A stretch of 64,000 bases of DNA from Eledone cirrhosa (taxonomy: Eukaryota): NCBI GenBank assembly GCA_964016885.1, contig OZ024742.1:94984001-95048000 (forward strand), in the 5' to 3' direction. A program made the position numbers and the translations under genes. Below the pieces are notes generated by a model. The model made no database searches and was not told the origin of the DNA. It saw nothing but the letters and a program-made list of their open reading frames with translations. Positions within the stretch are counted from its first letter, which is position 1. Each line of letters opens with the position of its first letter. Shown in pieces: positions 51,848-64,000 of this stretch.

Positions 51848-52015
51848 ATCATAATCATCATTTTACGTCCGCTTTTCCCTGCTTGCAAGGATGGGATGGG
51901 CATTTGTTGTGCTCATCATTTTTGGCACTAATATATACTGGTTGGATGCCCTTCCTAACACCAGCACCACTTTACAGCATGGACTGGGTGCTTTTATTCG
52001 TGCCACCAGCACTAG
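51848..52015 (-). mobile_element. SINE/RTE 3'-tail fragment
   Basis: catcattttacgtccgcttttccctgcttgcaagg...ggatgcccttcctaacacc. Confidence 0.7.
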
Positions 52016-52839
52016 AGGGGTTGTCTTACTGGACTCAGGGGCCCTCTCCATATCTATATATTTGTGTACATGTTCATACTTACATTCATATTTATATATA
52101 TATATATATATAGGATTAGCGTCAGAAACTTTAAGATACTCTTCTTGCTATAACAAGCGTTAACCTAATATATACCTTCCATATACTGTACTGATTGTGT
52201 TGTTATTTCTGTTTACCTTTTACATATATATATATATATTTATCCTGGGTTCAATCGGGGTATTACCTAGCAACGTATATATATATATACATACACCCAC
52301 ACATACTAAGAATGACATAGATGTCGTCAGAAAACTGTTGCTTTCTCTGTTGTCATGACAAAAGAAACAAAATATAAAAATTACTACTAAATCACCAACT
52401 ACTGGTATAATTATTATTATTATTATCAATAATAATAATAATAAGGATGATAATGATTTCTTTTATATAATAATAATAAAATAATCAGACGCACCAATAG
52501 CATTAAGTATAACTGAAAATAGATAGGCAGAAACAAATAGAAGAATTGAAAATAAACAGACAAAATAATTAAAACAATCGCAATAAGGATTCTACTATAT
52601 ATTATATACCTTTAAAAGTATCATATTTTTAGATATGGACTATTTCTAAATCAATAATGCTAAGACTTAGAATAAACAGTTTACTGACAGTGTAAGAGAA
52701 TGGTATTAAGATATTTGTCCAAGATGGAGTTGCATTGACATAAGCTGGCATCTCTTGTCTTTGTATATAGTAAAATCTGGAATCTGAGAAAACTCGTGAA
52801 GGTGTGTGTCAGCAATGATAGGAATAATGACTAATCCGT

Positions 52840-53027
52840 TTAACCTCTTAGCATTTAAACCAACCGTATTCAGCCAGAATTCTCTCACCGCTTTCTGTAA
52901 CCATTCAAACTGATGTTAAGGTATTGTTCTCAAAATAAATAATATTAAAATCTCATAGAGTTGATATTATGTGAGGTAAAGCCTTTACAGTAGTAAATAT
53001 AGAGTAATATTGATGCTAAAGAATTAA
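52840..53027. mobile_element. piggyBac-like MITE, family 1
   Basis: TTAAcctcttagcatt...atgctaaagaaTTAA. Interior homologous to 8760-8860 and, inverted, to 59143-59355. Confidence 0.65.
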
Positions 53028-53034
53028 AGATACT

Positions 53035-53715
53035 TTCTAACACTCTCCAACATCAGACCCACAGACATGCTGTCTCTTCCTCTTGCATCTACCATTACTA
53101 CAGTGGTTTCTGTTTCTTAGCTTAGTGGCTTTATGCCATCTCCACACAGGCTCTCCTGAAGCACTCATCACTACTATAAATTCCCATGTTGTATTCAGCT
53201 CTTTATGCTCTGCACTGGCTATTATATCCTGTCTATCCTGCACAGAATATCAGCATTCTGGATCTCATTTCTGACTAACCTCTTGCCTCATCATCCCTGC
53301 TGTATTCAGCCTTATATGCTCTACATTAACTGCTATACCCAGTCAGTCCTTGCCAGAATATTTGAAACACCTTCCTGACTCAAGTCTTTCCCAATGCAAT
53401 AGACCTATGGTTAATCAGTTTGAAGTCACTCCAGATCTCTCCTGTCTCTGGCTCGCATACATGCCATCTCCTTCCTTTGCCCCTTCTACCATTAATACAG
53501 TGGTTTCTACTCCTCAGAGCTTGCAGGATCCATTTACAACTCACTCATCATTCCTATCATCACCCATGTCTCCAGCCATATATGCCCTACAATAATCACT
53601 ATACCCAGTTTTTTCTTCCCAGAATATCGGCCATTTGGAACTCCATTCCTACTAGAGTCTTTACTAAAGCAGTTGACCTGCAATAATTAAATAAAACATC
53701 AATGGCCTCAATTTC
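53035..53715 (+). mobile_element. CR1/L2/Jockey-group LINE 3' remnant
   Basis: Degenerate FYH*YSGFYSSELA and QFFLPRISAIWNSIP resemble the post-RT C-terminus (SFFPRT...WNSLP). One segment is duplicated. Confidence 0.55.
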
Positions 53716-54274
53716 AATAATCCGAGGACCCGTGAAAATAATGTGTATAGCCCTCCTCCCTCAGACCTATTAAATGGAAGAAAAGAATGGAGAAAAAGGG
53801 AAGATTTTTTAAGTGCCAGTAAGTTTAGTTGCTTTAAGGAGTGGAGCAGTTTGATATTTTGGACACAGGACTTTTGACCTATTATTAGATAATGATTCTT
53901 TTGAATGGTCTGTGTTCAAATTGTTAGATTGCTCTACTTTTTCATGACAACCAAACATAGTAGCACCTACAAATCCTCTTAGATACTAGACTTGATTTAA
54001 ATTATTTCTGGATTTTTCTGAGAGATCATCATAAATAACCATATCTTTTGTATCATTAACCTTTTTGATACAATATTTCTATTGAAAAACATAGCCTATG
54101 ATTTTCAAATAATTTTGAAAAAAAAGAATTCAGTAGTATTTTTTAATATTATAGACAATCATTATTAAGCTAACAAGTCTCTGTCACAAAATTATAATAG
54201 AAAGCTCTTTAAATATATATAAACAATTTAAAACAAAATTAATTTTCACTCTAACATAACGGATATGTAAAAAC

Positions 54275-54671
54275 ATTCATGAGTGAATAATGATAATACA
54301 ATAATAATGTTATTAATATTTGATTGGGGTAATAACCTCAAAACGATTGTAGATTATTTTACTCTCTGCCACTGCTGGAACAAAGATATGGTGTTAGTCA
54401 TCTAGAACATATGATGTTATGAGGTTATTTGCTTGCAGAGGAATCAAATAATAATAATATTAATAATAATAATAATAATTGATTCTACTTTTGGCACAAG
54501 GCCAGCAATTACTCAGTGCATTACTGGTATTTTATTTTATCGACCCCGTAAGGATGAAAGGCAAAGTTAACCTCGGCGGGATTTGAACTCAGACCGTAAA
54601 AGGCTGCAAAGCATGGTGTCCGACCCTCTACCAATTAATATTAATACTATTATTTTTATTCACTCACAAAT
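54275..54671. mobile_element. Fold-back MITE-like element interrupted by a SINE
   Basis: Termini attcatgagtgaataa / ttattcactcacaaat. Interior similar to 38340-38520. Confidence 0.5.
54478..54635 (-). mobile_element. SINE family B
   Basis: Reverse complement of 32517-32694 with an (AAT)n tail to its left. Confidence 0.85.
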
Positions 54672-55772
54672 GAATTTAAACAAACAGTAATGTATTGTAA
54701 ACTGCCTGAAAACTGAGGCTGTTTTCAGGCAGTTTTTATCAAAAGGAATAAAGAAGCTGCATATATGTATCTTTGTCCATGTAGCATTAGCAGATGTTGT
54801 GCTTTATAGTGTGTGAGCATTGATGTACTGACTGATAGCTTCTCAAAACTATACTTCAGCAATTTGTATATCCAACAGAACCATCTAAAATGTAACTAAA
54901 ACACATAATAAAGTAGTTGATATGAAGAAGGGCATCCAACTATACAAACCATGCCAAATTTGGAATGTATGAGCAAGATATGGTTTTCTGACTTGCTTAG
55001 TCTTGGATCATGACAAATTATTTACTTCATGCCAGCATGAGAAACAGACATATGATGACAATGACCACAACAAGGATTTCAATTTCTAACATTGACTCAG
55101 GGCCAGATATTACGAAGGAAGTGGAGTATTGTTTGTACCAATCACTGGTACCTTGTTTACAGATCCCTGCAAGAGTAAACATTGATTCTATCTTTGCTAG
55201 ATTTGGGCTCTCAACATGAAATGGTGTAAATAGTTACAACAAATCTTTTCTTCTCAATAAATCAATAAATTTTACCATTTCTACCACATCATTAAATAGC
55301 AATACCAATAAATGATCAATGAGTACTTACTCTACCATCTTTCTATACCAAAGATAGCCAAAGATATATGTAATCTCAACCAGATTCCCATTAAAGTGGT
55401 AATGAACAACATACGAAGAAGAAAAAAGATAAAATACTAAAAAAAGACAACTGATTATGTTGCAGCTTTGTAGTAACATGTGTTTGTAATTCATTGTTAA
55501 TGGCCCTTTAGCTGTTGTTTACCTTTGTTTTTGATTTTTTAAAAATGGATTATATCGTGATGAAGTGACCATGAGATGAACCCGCACTTTGTCTTGTAAA
55601 CGAGCAAGGCATACATTCTTTCTAATTAAGGAACTATTGGTGATATTTATTCTATGAACGAATAATCAGCAAGAATTTCAACAAGTTTACCCTTCTGAAC
55701 ACAGCAAGAATGATTTAGACAATGAAAGTGGTGAGGAAAGTAATTTTGGTGAACAAATTCAGTGTGTGTGTG

Positions 55773-55804
<32 letters not shown>

Positions 55805-58800
55805 ACACACACCTAGTATTGATAGGGGTGATGGAGATTATGTAAATGTAGATGAAGGGAGAGATAGATACATTTATACTACACCGTGTTGATTCTATAC
55901 ATTAATTTGCCTGCAATCATTACATTTGAGCTGTGTATGTGCAACTATTTATCATTTTATTCAGGAGCCCCAGTTGAAAATAAAGTTAGATACAGGGGCC
56001 CAGATCTGAAATGGTTTATAGTAGTAATACAAACAATACTGCTATTAGTTTTCTACTAATTCTACCACTCTATTGACAGTAGTATTACCAACAACAGACC
56101 CATTAATACTCTACCACTCCTCTTCTGTACCACCGAGAGTAGTAGTAATAATAACAGTCGCATTAGTACTCTACCACATTACTGATTGTATTAATATCAA
56201 CAACAGCACTAAAACATTATTACCATCATTTTAAAAGTAAACATTCTTCAGCTGTTTCAGTTTTATTTATTGGAATTCAATTCTAGAACAAACTCTATCA
56301 CTTTATTTATCAACATTGCAAATTATTTTATTTAATAGTAATAACTATTTTGTTGTTTACTTAAATAATATATATTTTCCTGCAATGGTTTAGAAGAATA
56401 TATCTAAAAGCTTGTTTGTTAATTCCAATATTTACTGTGTCTTTACTAGTCGACAAGTTTTGATAATTTACAGTATTGGAGTGAAGACATTAATTTGTAA
56501 TGTGATGCATTCATTTCCAGTTTCTAGTGGTGCCGGATGTTAAGAGTTAAACAATACTTTAAAAGAAGTCAGTTGTCAGATCAGACCAAGGAAACAATGT
56601 TTCCATTGATCTTTCTCTTGCTGATAATATCTGTTGTTCACAACTTCTAGAAAAAGGAGATGGGATTTGTCATCAGAATGCACACAACATGCCATCCAAC
56701 ACTTTAACAATTCTATCAATTTAGCATCCCATGACTAGTTTATTTATTGACTCTTAAAAAATATAAGGGAAAATTGTACAGAAAGGTTGCATGACTATGT
56801 GTTTTGCTCGGACAAGGCCAGATGATGGACATCTATGTCTGTATTGTTTATCCCAATCTGGCAACACCCTTCAGTAGGACGTCCAGTCCAGAAAAGTTTG
56901 GAAGTTGTCCATAGTCCCACAAAGTGAAAGTCCTTCTGAATAGTTTGTTCAATTGATCATCTGTATTGTTTAATATCAATCTCTCAAGAGTGCAAGGCAT
57001 TGTTACTAACCCTTAAATTTAGCATTCTCGCTGATGGAAAGGGAATGAAGACATGGAGGAGAAATGCTCTCAACATTACCAAAAGAAGCGAAGAAGGCAT
57101 GCCTACATATTAATACCTAGTTACTCCAACCCCAAATTCCCCATGTCCAATCTGTAGATAGAACTGCACATCAAAGGTTGAGACGTACAGTGTCCAAAGG
57201 ATCCACAATTAAAGAAGATTGTCATCATTGAATTTGATAAGGTAAGGTCTTCTCTTTTGACCATCATTAATCCTCTGTGCAATGGTTGACATAGTGCTGA
57301 CTGTATTATCGACATAGTAAAAAAACTATGAGTGCCCAACAACATTTCAGATGGCAGACACCTAATATTCATATTTGCTCCCCCCCCCCACATACACACC
57401 TCTTCTATGCTTTGTCAATGAGATAAGCTGTGGGAGGGAGGACAGGCTCAATAGCTCGACAAATGTTGACCACACTTGTGCATTGGCCAGGAATCTCTGC
57501 ATATAATGTATCACCAGTAACTACTTGTGCATTCATTAGTCACAATATACTGAGGGTGTCAGTAACAGATGGACACTTTGGCCAATGGAAGAACATGCCT
57601 TGCACAAGAAGTAAAAGAGCAGACTCTAATAATAGAAATAATAACACAACATTCATGAAAAACATTCTACAGAATATATTTCATTGTTATTTTTAGTTAT
57701 TTTTATTCAATTTGTATCACATCTATCTATTTAGTAAAGCCAAGCACTTCTCTGACCTTTACGATTCTGAACTGAGTCTAACAATTGAGAAAGGTGAACA
57801 TATTATTTCTTGTATTCAACATTGGTACCCAACAAAAGAGATCGAAAAAGAAAATTTAACAGCAAAATATAAATATAAACAATCGGCAACAGCAGTATAA
57901 GTAACAAAACACAAAATAAACATAAGATGGCAGCACTGTCAGACCAAGTCTGTAGTTAGAGAAACACCATCTTAAAGACCTGCTATTGTTTGATAATATA
58001 ATCATAGAATGATGGAATGATAACATGATAGAATGCCTGCAATGAATTGGTGTTGGCATAATACAACAACAATGGTCCAGATATCTAGACTCCATCCCCA
58101 TTCCTCATCTCTTTAACCCCCCTCCTATAACTTCCTCCACTCATTCTCTGAAGCCCCTGCAACCTGCTGCTTATTACTGCTTCCATTGCACTGCTAAAGG
58201 TCATGCACTGGTTTAAAGCCGTCAGATGGTGGAAGGTTTGGGTATCATTATACTGTCCATCCATGGTGGGTTTTAAGAGTGTGTATGTGTGTATGTACAT
58301 ATATTTTTTCTGTGTATGTGTGTTTTGTGTGTGTTTTTTAAATGGGCTGGAGTATTCTATGTGGGGTGAGGGGCTTTGTGTAGTGTGTAGGGGTGTTGTA
58401 GGAGTGTGTTGTTGGGAGTTTCTGAGTGTGTATGTAAGAAAAAGATTGGTTTCATTTATCTAAGTATTGTTTAGAACTTTGTTTTAATGTATGTATATAT
58501 TTATGTTTGTATGTTTGTTTGTATCTATCTATCTATCTATCTTTCTAAATACATGTATGTGGTTGAACATGTGTGTTCTTTTTGTTTTTGTTATAAGCAT
58601 TACTATATGCACAAAAGTGTTTGACTGTGTGTGTGCTTATACAAATATATTTGATGATATGAATGTTTATACAGATACATTGAAGATGTCTGTGTTTATA
58701 CATATATATTACAATTTGTATCCCTGTAAATATATAATATAGCATGTATATAAAATGTCATTTCTGTGTGACTATTTTTTGTGTTTGTTTCTATGTTTGT

Positions 58801-58877
58801 ATATGTAAATTTGTGTGTATGTGTAAAACTGATTTGAGCATGGATCTTTTTAGTATTTGAGGGCTTGGTAAAGAGTT

Positions 58878-59020
58878 GGGAAATTGGTAGAGTTGTTAGA
58901 ATGTCAGCTAGAAAGCTTTGTGGAGTTAACTCTGGCACGCTGCTCTCCAAGTTCATATCCTACCAAGATCAACTTTGCTTTTCATCCTTCTGAGATCGAT
59001 AAAAATGAACTAGTTCAGTA
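58878..59020 (+). mobile_element. SINE family B, diverged
   Basis: aagttcatatcctaccaagatcaactttgcttttcatccttctgagatcgataaaa. Confidence 0.6.
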
Positions 59021-59138
59021 TTAGGGCTGGTTCTTCCTTTATATCACTTACTCATTTCTCTCTCACTTTCTCTCTCTCTTCCTCTCTGGAAGAAATTGGC
59101 TGTATCCATACCTGGTGGGAGGATGGGCTTCACCAGGT

Positions 59139-59359
59139 TTAACCATTTAGCATTTAAAATACTCTATATATTCTATTGTATTTTCAAAGTAAATGCTTTA
59201 TCTTACACAATTATCTCAGATAATATAGAATCTATGAGATTTTGATATAATCTATTTTGAGAACAATAACTTAACATCAGTATGAGTGGCCGGTTCCAGC
59301 CGGTTTAAACAAAGAGAGTGGTGAGAGAGTTCTGGTCAGTTTAAATGCTAAAGGGTTAA
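59139..59359. mobile_element. piggyBac-like MITE, family 1, both ends intact
   Basis: TTAA on both sides; TIR ccatttagcatttaaa / tttaaatgctaaaggg (15/16 match). Confidence 0.8.
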
Positions 59360-61919
59360 AGTCAATGTTCAAGACACACAGTTTCATACATACATTACAA
59401 TTTCTTTCTCAGTAATTATATATATTGGATGTATACAAGATGACATTGCAGCGTGAATATATTTTGTATTTCTTTTTATATAAGCATATAAATGTGTGTA
59501 TGTGGAAAACTGCTTAAATGCATATGTTTGTATTGATATATGTTTTACAGTTTGAAAATGTGGATATGAATATTTGAGTACATAGATATGTATGTACACA
59601 CACACACACATACAACGCTTATACATTTGTGCTTGCATATCTATCTGTGTATATATTTTTTTACACACACCAGCATGGAAAATAAACATAAAATGACGAT
59701 AATGTAACTATAAACAGCATATGTGTCCTTCATTCGGTACAATTATAATAGTTATCATCAGTTTTACATACATTTTTCTTTGCTGGTATGGGCTAGACAA
59801 GGGGTTTTTAGAGTAGAATTATACAGTGTGGCACCAAAATTCATCTGAGATTTAAAAAAAAATTTTATGAACAACAGATTTCTGCACATCTGACTGCTGA
59901 GTTGTGGAACATCAATTACCACTTGCGAATTGAAAGGAAAAAACAAGCATACACACACGACTATGCATATATAACGGGACTCAGATCAACTCACATGTCA
60001 TTTGCCAGTCCTATGTTCTAGTAAAAAAAGTGTGAATAGATTCTCAAGTCCCTGTGGTTGCAAAACAAACTTCTTAACCACATACCAATGTCTGCACTAA
60101 TATTAGATATAATTTTATGTATTCTAGAACAGAATATGTTGGTTGTAAATTTGATGTTGTTATGTGTTACTTAACACTTTTCACAATAATCCACTTGAAA
60201 TCACCCTGTTACTAATTTGTTTATTTTAGGGTGTATATAATTGTCCCAAAGCTTCCCCCTCATCATTTTATGTAAGAACCTTTTGATATGTTATATTTCC
60301 CATGTCAGATTAATTATGAGTAAGTTAGTTATATTACTAAAGGTTTTCAAATTCTTAATTGTTTACAAAAGTATTTGAAAATTATAGGCAAAGTCTTTCA
60401 TTAGAACTATGTTAACAAAAGATAGTTAGACAAACAGTGCTTGCTTTCAATAAAGAGAATTTGCTTTAATTTTGAGTGCATATAGTATATAACATAGATA
60501 CCAAAATTGTGGATTATATGCAGGTATTTGTCATTTAATGTGCAGCTTGTACAAATGTGTTGGCTGAGCTCTTTCTTTTATGCAGCAAAACCAACATAAA
60601 AGGTAAATAAGAAAAAAATGCCATGTCATTATAATCATTTAATGGATATAAAAGCTTGTGCCTTTTCTAGCATTAAAACAAAAGTTTTATGTTCATGGTA
60701 AATAACAGAAGACGAGTACTGAAATAAGTGTATAATGTTTTCTAACTCCGAGACTGTTTATTGCATATGGATCTAATGCTAATACACTCTGGCCACACCT
60801 ACGTTATGTAGCCAATGATTACATAATTAGTGGACACAGGCATGGCTGAGGATTAAGAAGTTTACTTTCAAATTATGAGGTTCGATCCTACTGCCAAGTA
60901 CCTTGTGTAAGTGCTTTTACCATAACCTTGGACAAGCCTAAGCCTTGTGAGTGAAATTGGGTAGGCAGAAATTGTTGAGCTGTATGGAAGCCTATAGGGT
61001 GTGCTGTACTTGTAGTTTAAAAGTCCAGCCTTATCACATATTGTGTCACACTGACTCTGAGGATAGCATTAAGTGTACATAGAATACTCAATCACACATT
61101 AATTCTTAAATTGGATGTTCATTTTTTTTCACAACTATCTGGTCATCATTGAAATTGATGGAAGAACCATCATTTTTCTATTAGTTTCTATTTAGTCAAC
61201 ATTTTATAGACTATGTTTATCTAATTAACATGTTTTACTATTTGATTCATTTCAGTAATTAGACTGATGACATGCTGGGGCATTGCCTTGAAATAATTTA
61301 GATGGTTCACAAATTGAATATTTAGTTGATCAAAGAACTTAATGCTCATTGTTGTTATCAATTGAGAATTCATCATATTACTTGATGACTCATATGAAAG
61401 GTCAGTATGGATTTAGTCGGTCACAATCCTTCCAAGCCTTGCTAGATGGGAGGATGGATGTTAAATGATTATGAGGGGGATGATGAATATGTATTAAAGT
61501 TGTAATTAGAGTTGTCATAGTCAAGAGACTTTCATTGGTTTCATAAAGAGATTTTATTTTAATTTTGTAGTATTGCTTTATTATTTATGTTTAGCTGGGA
61601 AAATGTTATTTATACTTTTCTAGTCTTCCTAAACTCATTTAATACCAAACCACTCTGAATTTATGATACACAAATGTGCCTTTTAAATAGTTTGTATTTA
61701 AATTAAATCCTTCTATCATAATTTTACATAAAACATGTTTATTAAATAACGTTCTAATTATCAGACTATTAATGACAGTCATTTTATTAAATTCCTACAA
61801 ATATTGGATTATTTCATTATAAATATAGTAACAAAAGGGTTGATAGTTATGTCTAACAAATACGTTTATATTCTAATTGTTGATTAAAATGATCCTATCA
61901 TTTTATAGTTACATACAAT

Positions 61920-62276
61920 GGAGGCACATGGCTTAGTGGATGGAGGCACATGGCTTAGTGGTTAGAGCATTGGCCTTGCAATCGAAAGGTTGTGAGTTCA
62001 ATTCTCAGACCGGGTGATGTGTTGTTTCCTTGAGCAAGAGACACTTTATTTCCCATTGCTCCAGTTTACTCAGCTGTAGAAATGAGATGATAGGGACTGG
62101 GGTCCCTATCATTCCACTGGAAAGTGGTCATGGAGGTGCCACGTCAAAAAAGCACCCAGCACTCACTGTAAATGAGGTTGGTGTTAGGAAGAGCATCCAG
62201 CTGTAGAAATCAAGCCAGAATCAGTTCCCGTCCCACCCTTGCAAGCAGGGAAAAGCGGACGTAAAATGATGATGAT
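61920..62276 (+). mobile_element. SINE family A, full length, TSD atacaatg
   Basis: Closely similar to 3914-4256. TSD at 61913-61920 and 62275-62282. First 22 nt tandemly duplicated. Confidence 0.9.
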
Positions 62277-63122
62277 ACAATGTTTCAAAAGTTGCTCTCA
62301 ATCTTAGTATGAGAGGCCATCAAAAGGAAAGAGCACACTTTAATCATCACTAACTATAGGTTCTTCACTCTGAATGACTGACCATGTGTGTGCCAGGGCA
62401 AGGTGTTTTGTATAATACAATCCGTCACCAATGTATGCCAATTTTGCTCCTCCACATTGTACATATAGCCAAGATGAAACTTCAAAGTCACGGTCACTTT
62501 GCTCAAAATCTGTTCAGTCTCTCCTAACAGTCATTAGTAGCCATAGCAAGCTGTCTTATTTGCTAAATTTAGACATTAAGCCTTTGATCAGAAACATTTT
62601 TTACAATATAATCCTTATGATACTAGGCTGCCTGAAAATATCTCTGATTCAACAATACAAGGGTGTTTTAAAGTGCTTATATTTATCTCAAGTCATTCCA
62701 TCATGATATTATATAAGAACATCGTTAAATTACATTCCAAGTGCCAGCTTAATAACGAGAAAGTTTGTTAAATCCCTTCAAATTCATGATTACTTTCGAA
62801 ATAAATTGAAAATCATAGGCAGTATCTTTCATTTGAAATATGTTAATGAAAGAGTTACATCCACACTCGTTCTTTAATTTCTATCACTATTGATGTCCAT
62901 TTATCTGCTAGCACATATTTCTCTCTACAACAATAATATACCATTGCTTTGTGAAAATATGAAACTATATTTGTACATTTCTACTACACATTATCCAATT
63001 GACTTTGTATTTATCTATATATACTCCCCCCCCCCCTTCTCTCTCTTTCTCTTTATATATATATGAGTGTGTTCTGTTATTAATTCTGGCAATATTACAC
63101 AAATATGACCCTCCCAAAGTAT

Positions 63123-63165
<43 letters not shown>

Positions 63166-63184
63166 TATGCACACACACACACTG

Positions 63185-63221
<37 letters not shown>

Positions 63222-63579
63222 AACATGGTATATTTGTATTGTATTGTACATTCTCATAAGACATATATATAAACATGTGTTAATTGATCTTGTAAATTAT
63301 GATATGTTGTGTTCCATACAGAATTCTATCAAATTTGTTCACACAAACTACATGCTGTGTAATTATTATTACATTATTATACCAATGAGATGAAGGTTTG
63401 ATTTTTGTAGGTATCTAGGAAATAAGATTGAAAAATTATATATAACTAGTTATCGTTATCTCTACAAAGTATCTTAGGTTGCTTACAATTGGTGACTCAA
63501 CATTCAAACAGGCCTATAAATTCATACATTCTTATATGCAGATAAACATTCGTATATGTGTGAATATCTTAATATATGA

Positions 63580-63700
63580 AGGCATGTGGCTTAGTAATTA
63601 AGGTAGTTAGCTCATAATATTGTGAGTTTGATTCTTGGTAGTGTGCTGTGAACTTGAACAAATCACTTTATTTCATGTTGCTCCAGTCCACTCAGCTAAC
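63580..63700 (+). mobile_element. Diverged CORE-SINE head
   Basis: ggcatgtggcttagt...gtgagtttgattct...cactttatttcatgttgctccagtccactcagct. Confidence 0.55.
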
Positions 63701-64000
63701 AAATATATGTTGTACCTCTAAATTCAGCTTTATCACATTCCATCTATCAATCTATCTCTTTATCTTGCTATCTACATACATATCTTTGTATCTATTTATC
63801 TACCTATTTTACTAACTGCCTGTCTGCTTGCCTAACTGTCTGACAGTTACTTTTTAGTTATCTATATATGTATATTTACCAATGTATCTATCATTGAACA
63901 AGAAGAAAAATAACCACACCAAAGCCCAAATATCAATAACAGTCCAAAGATAAATAGACTAACAGAGAGCTAGGTAGATAGATAGTTAGAACAAAGTCAG

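Noticed and set aside
56800-57620. Possible very old LINE RT remnants (also 26300-26600, 39480-39780, 46560-46850, 47340-47600)
   Set aside because: Only isolated motif-like residues. Cannot be classified without a profile search.

Overview
AT-rich, microsatellite-dense eukaryotic DNA. The CORE-type tRNA-SINEs with (GAT)n tails and the RTE LINEs suggest an octopus or other cephalopod, which is inference from repeat content only. I recognise no host protein-coding exon, so the window looks intronic or intergenic and is dominated by transposable elements. Main contents: two 5'-truncated RTE-clade LINEs (4257-6472 +, 33406-36024 -) plus older RTE fragments; a 2.3-kb non-autonomous LTR element (8863-11183) with 360-bp LTRs, a 4-bp TSD and TG..AA ends, inserted in a piggyBac-type MITE; two diverged L1/Tx1-clade LINEs stacked head-to-tail between (ATT)n tracts (13011-22432); two tRNA-derived SINE families; TTAA and TA MITEs; a Helitron-like element; and several Penelope/retrozyme-like remnants with minimal hammerhead ribozyme motifs. 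The best leads are (ATT)n-targeted Tx1 stacking with a possible ORF1-ORF2 micro-intron, the hammerhead-bearing repeats near 36.2-36.9 kb and 50.0-51.8 kb, and the non-canonical LTR element. Most short ORFs in the track are microsatellite or antisense artefacts. All alignments and counts were done by eye.
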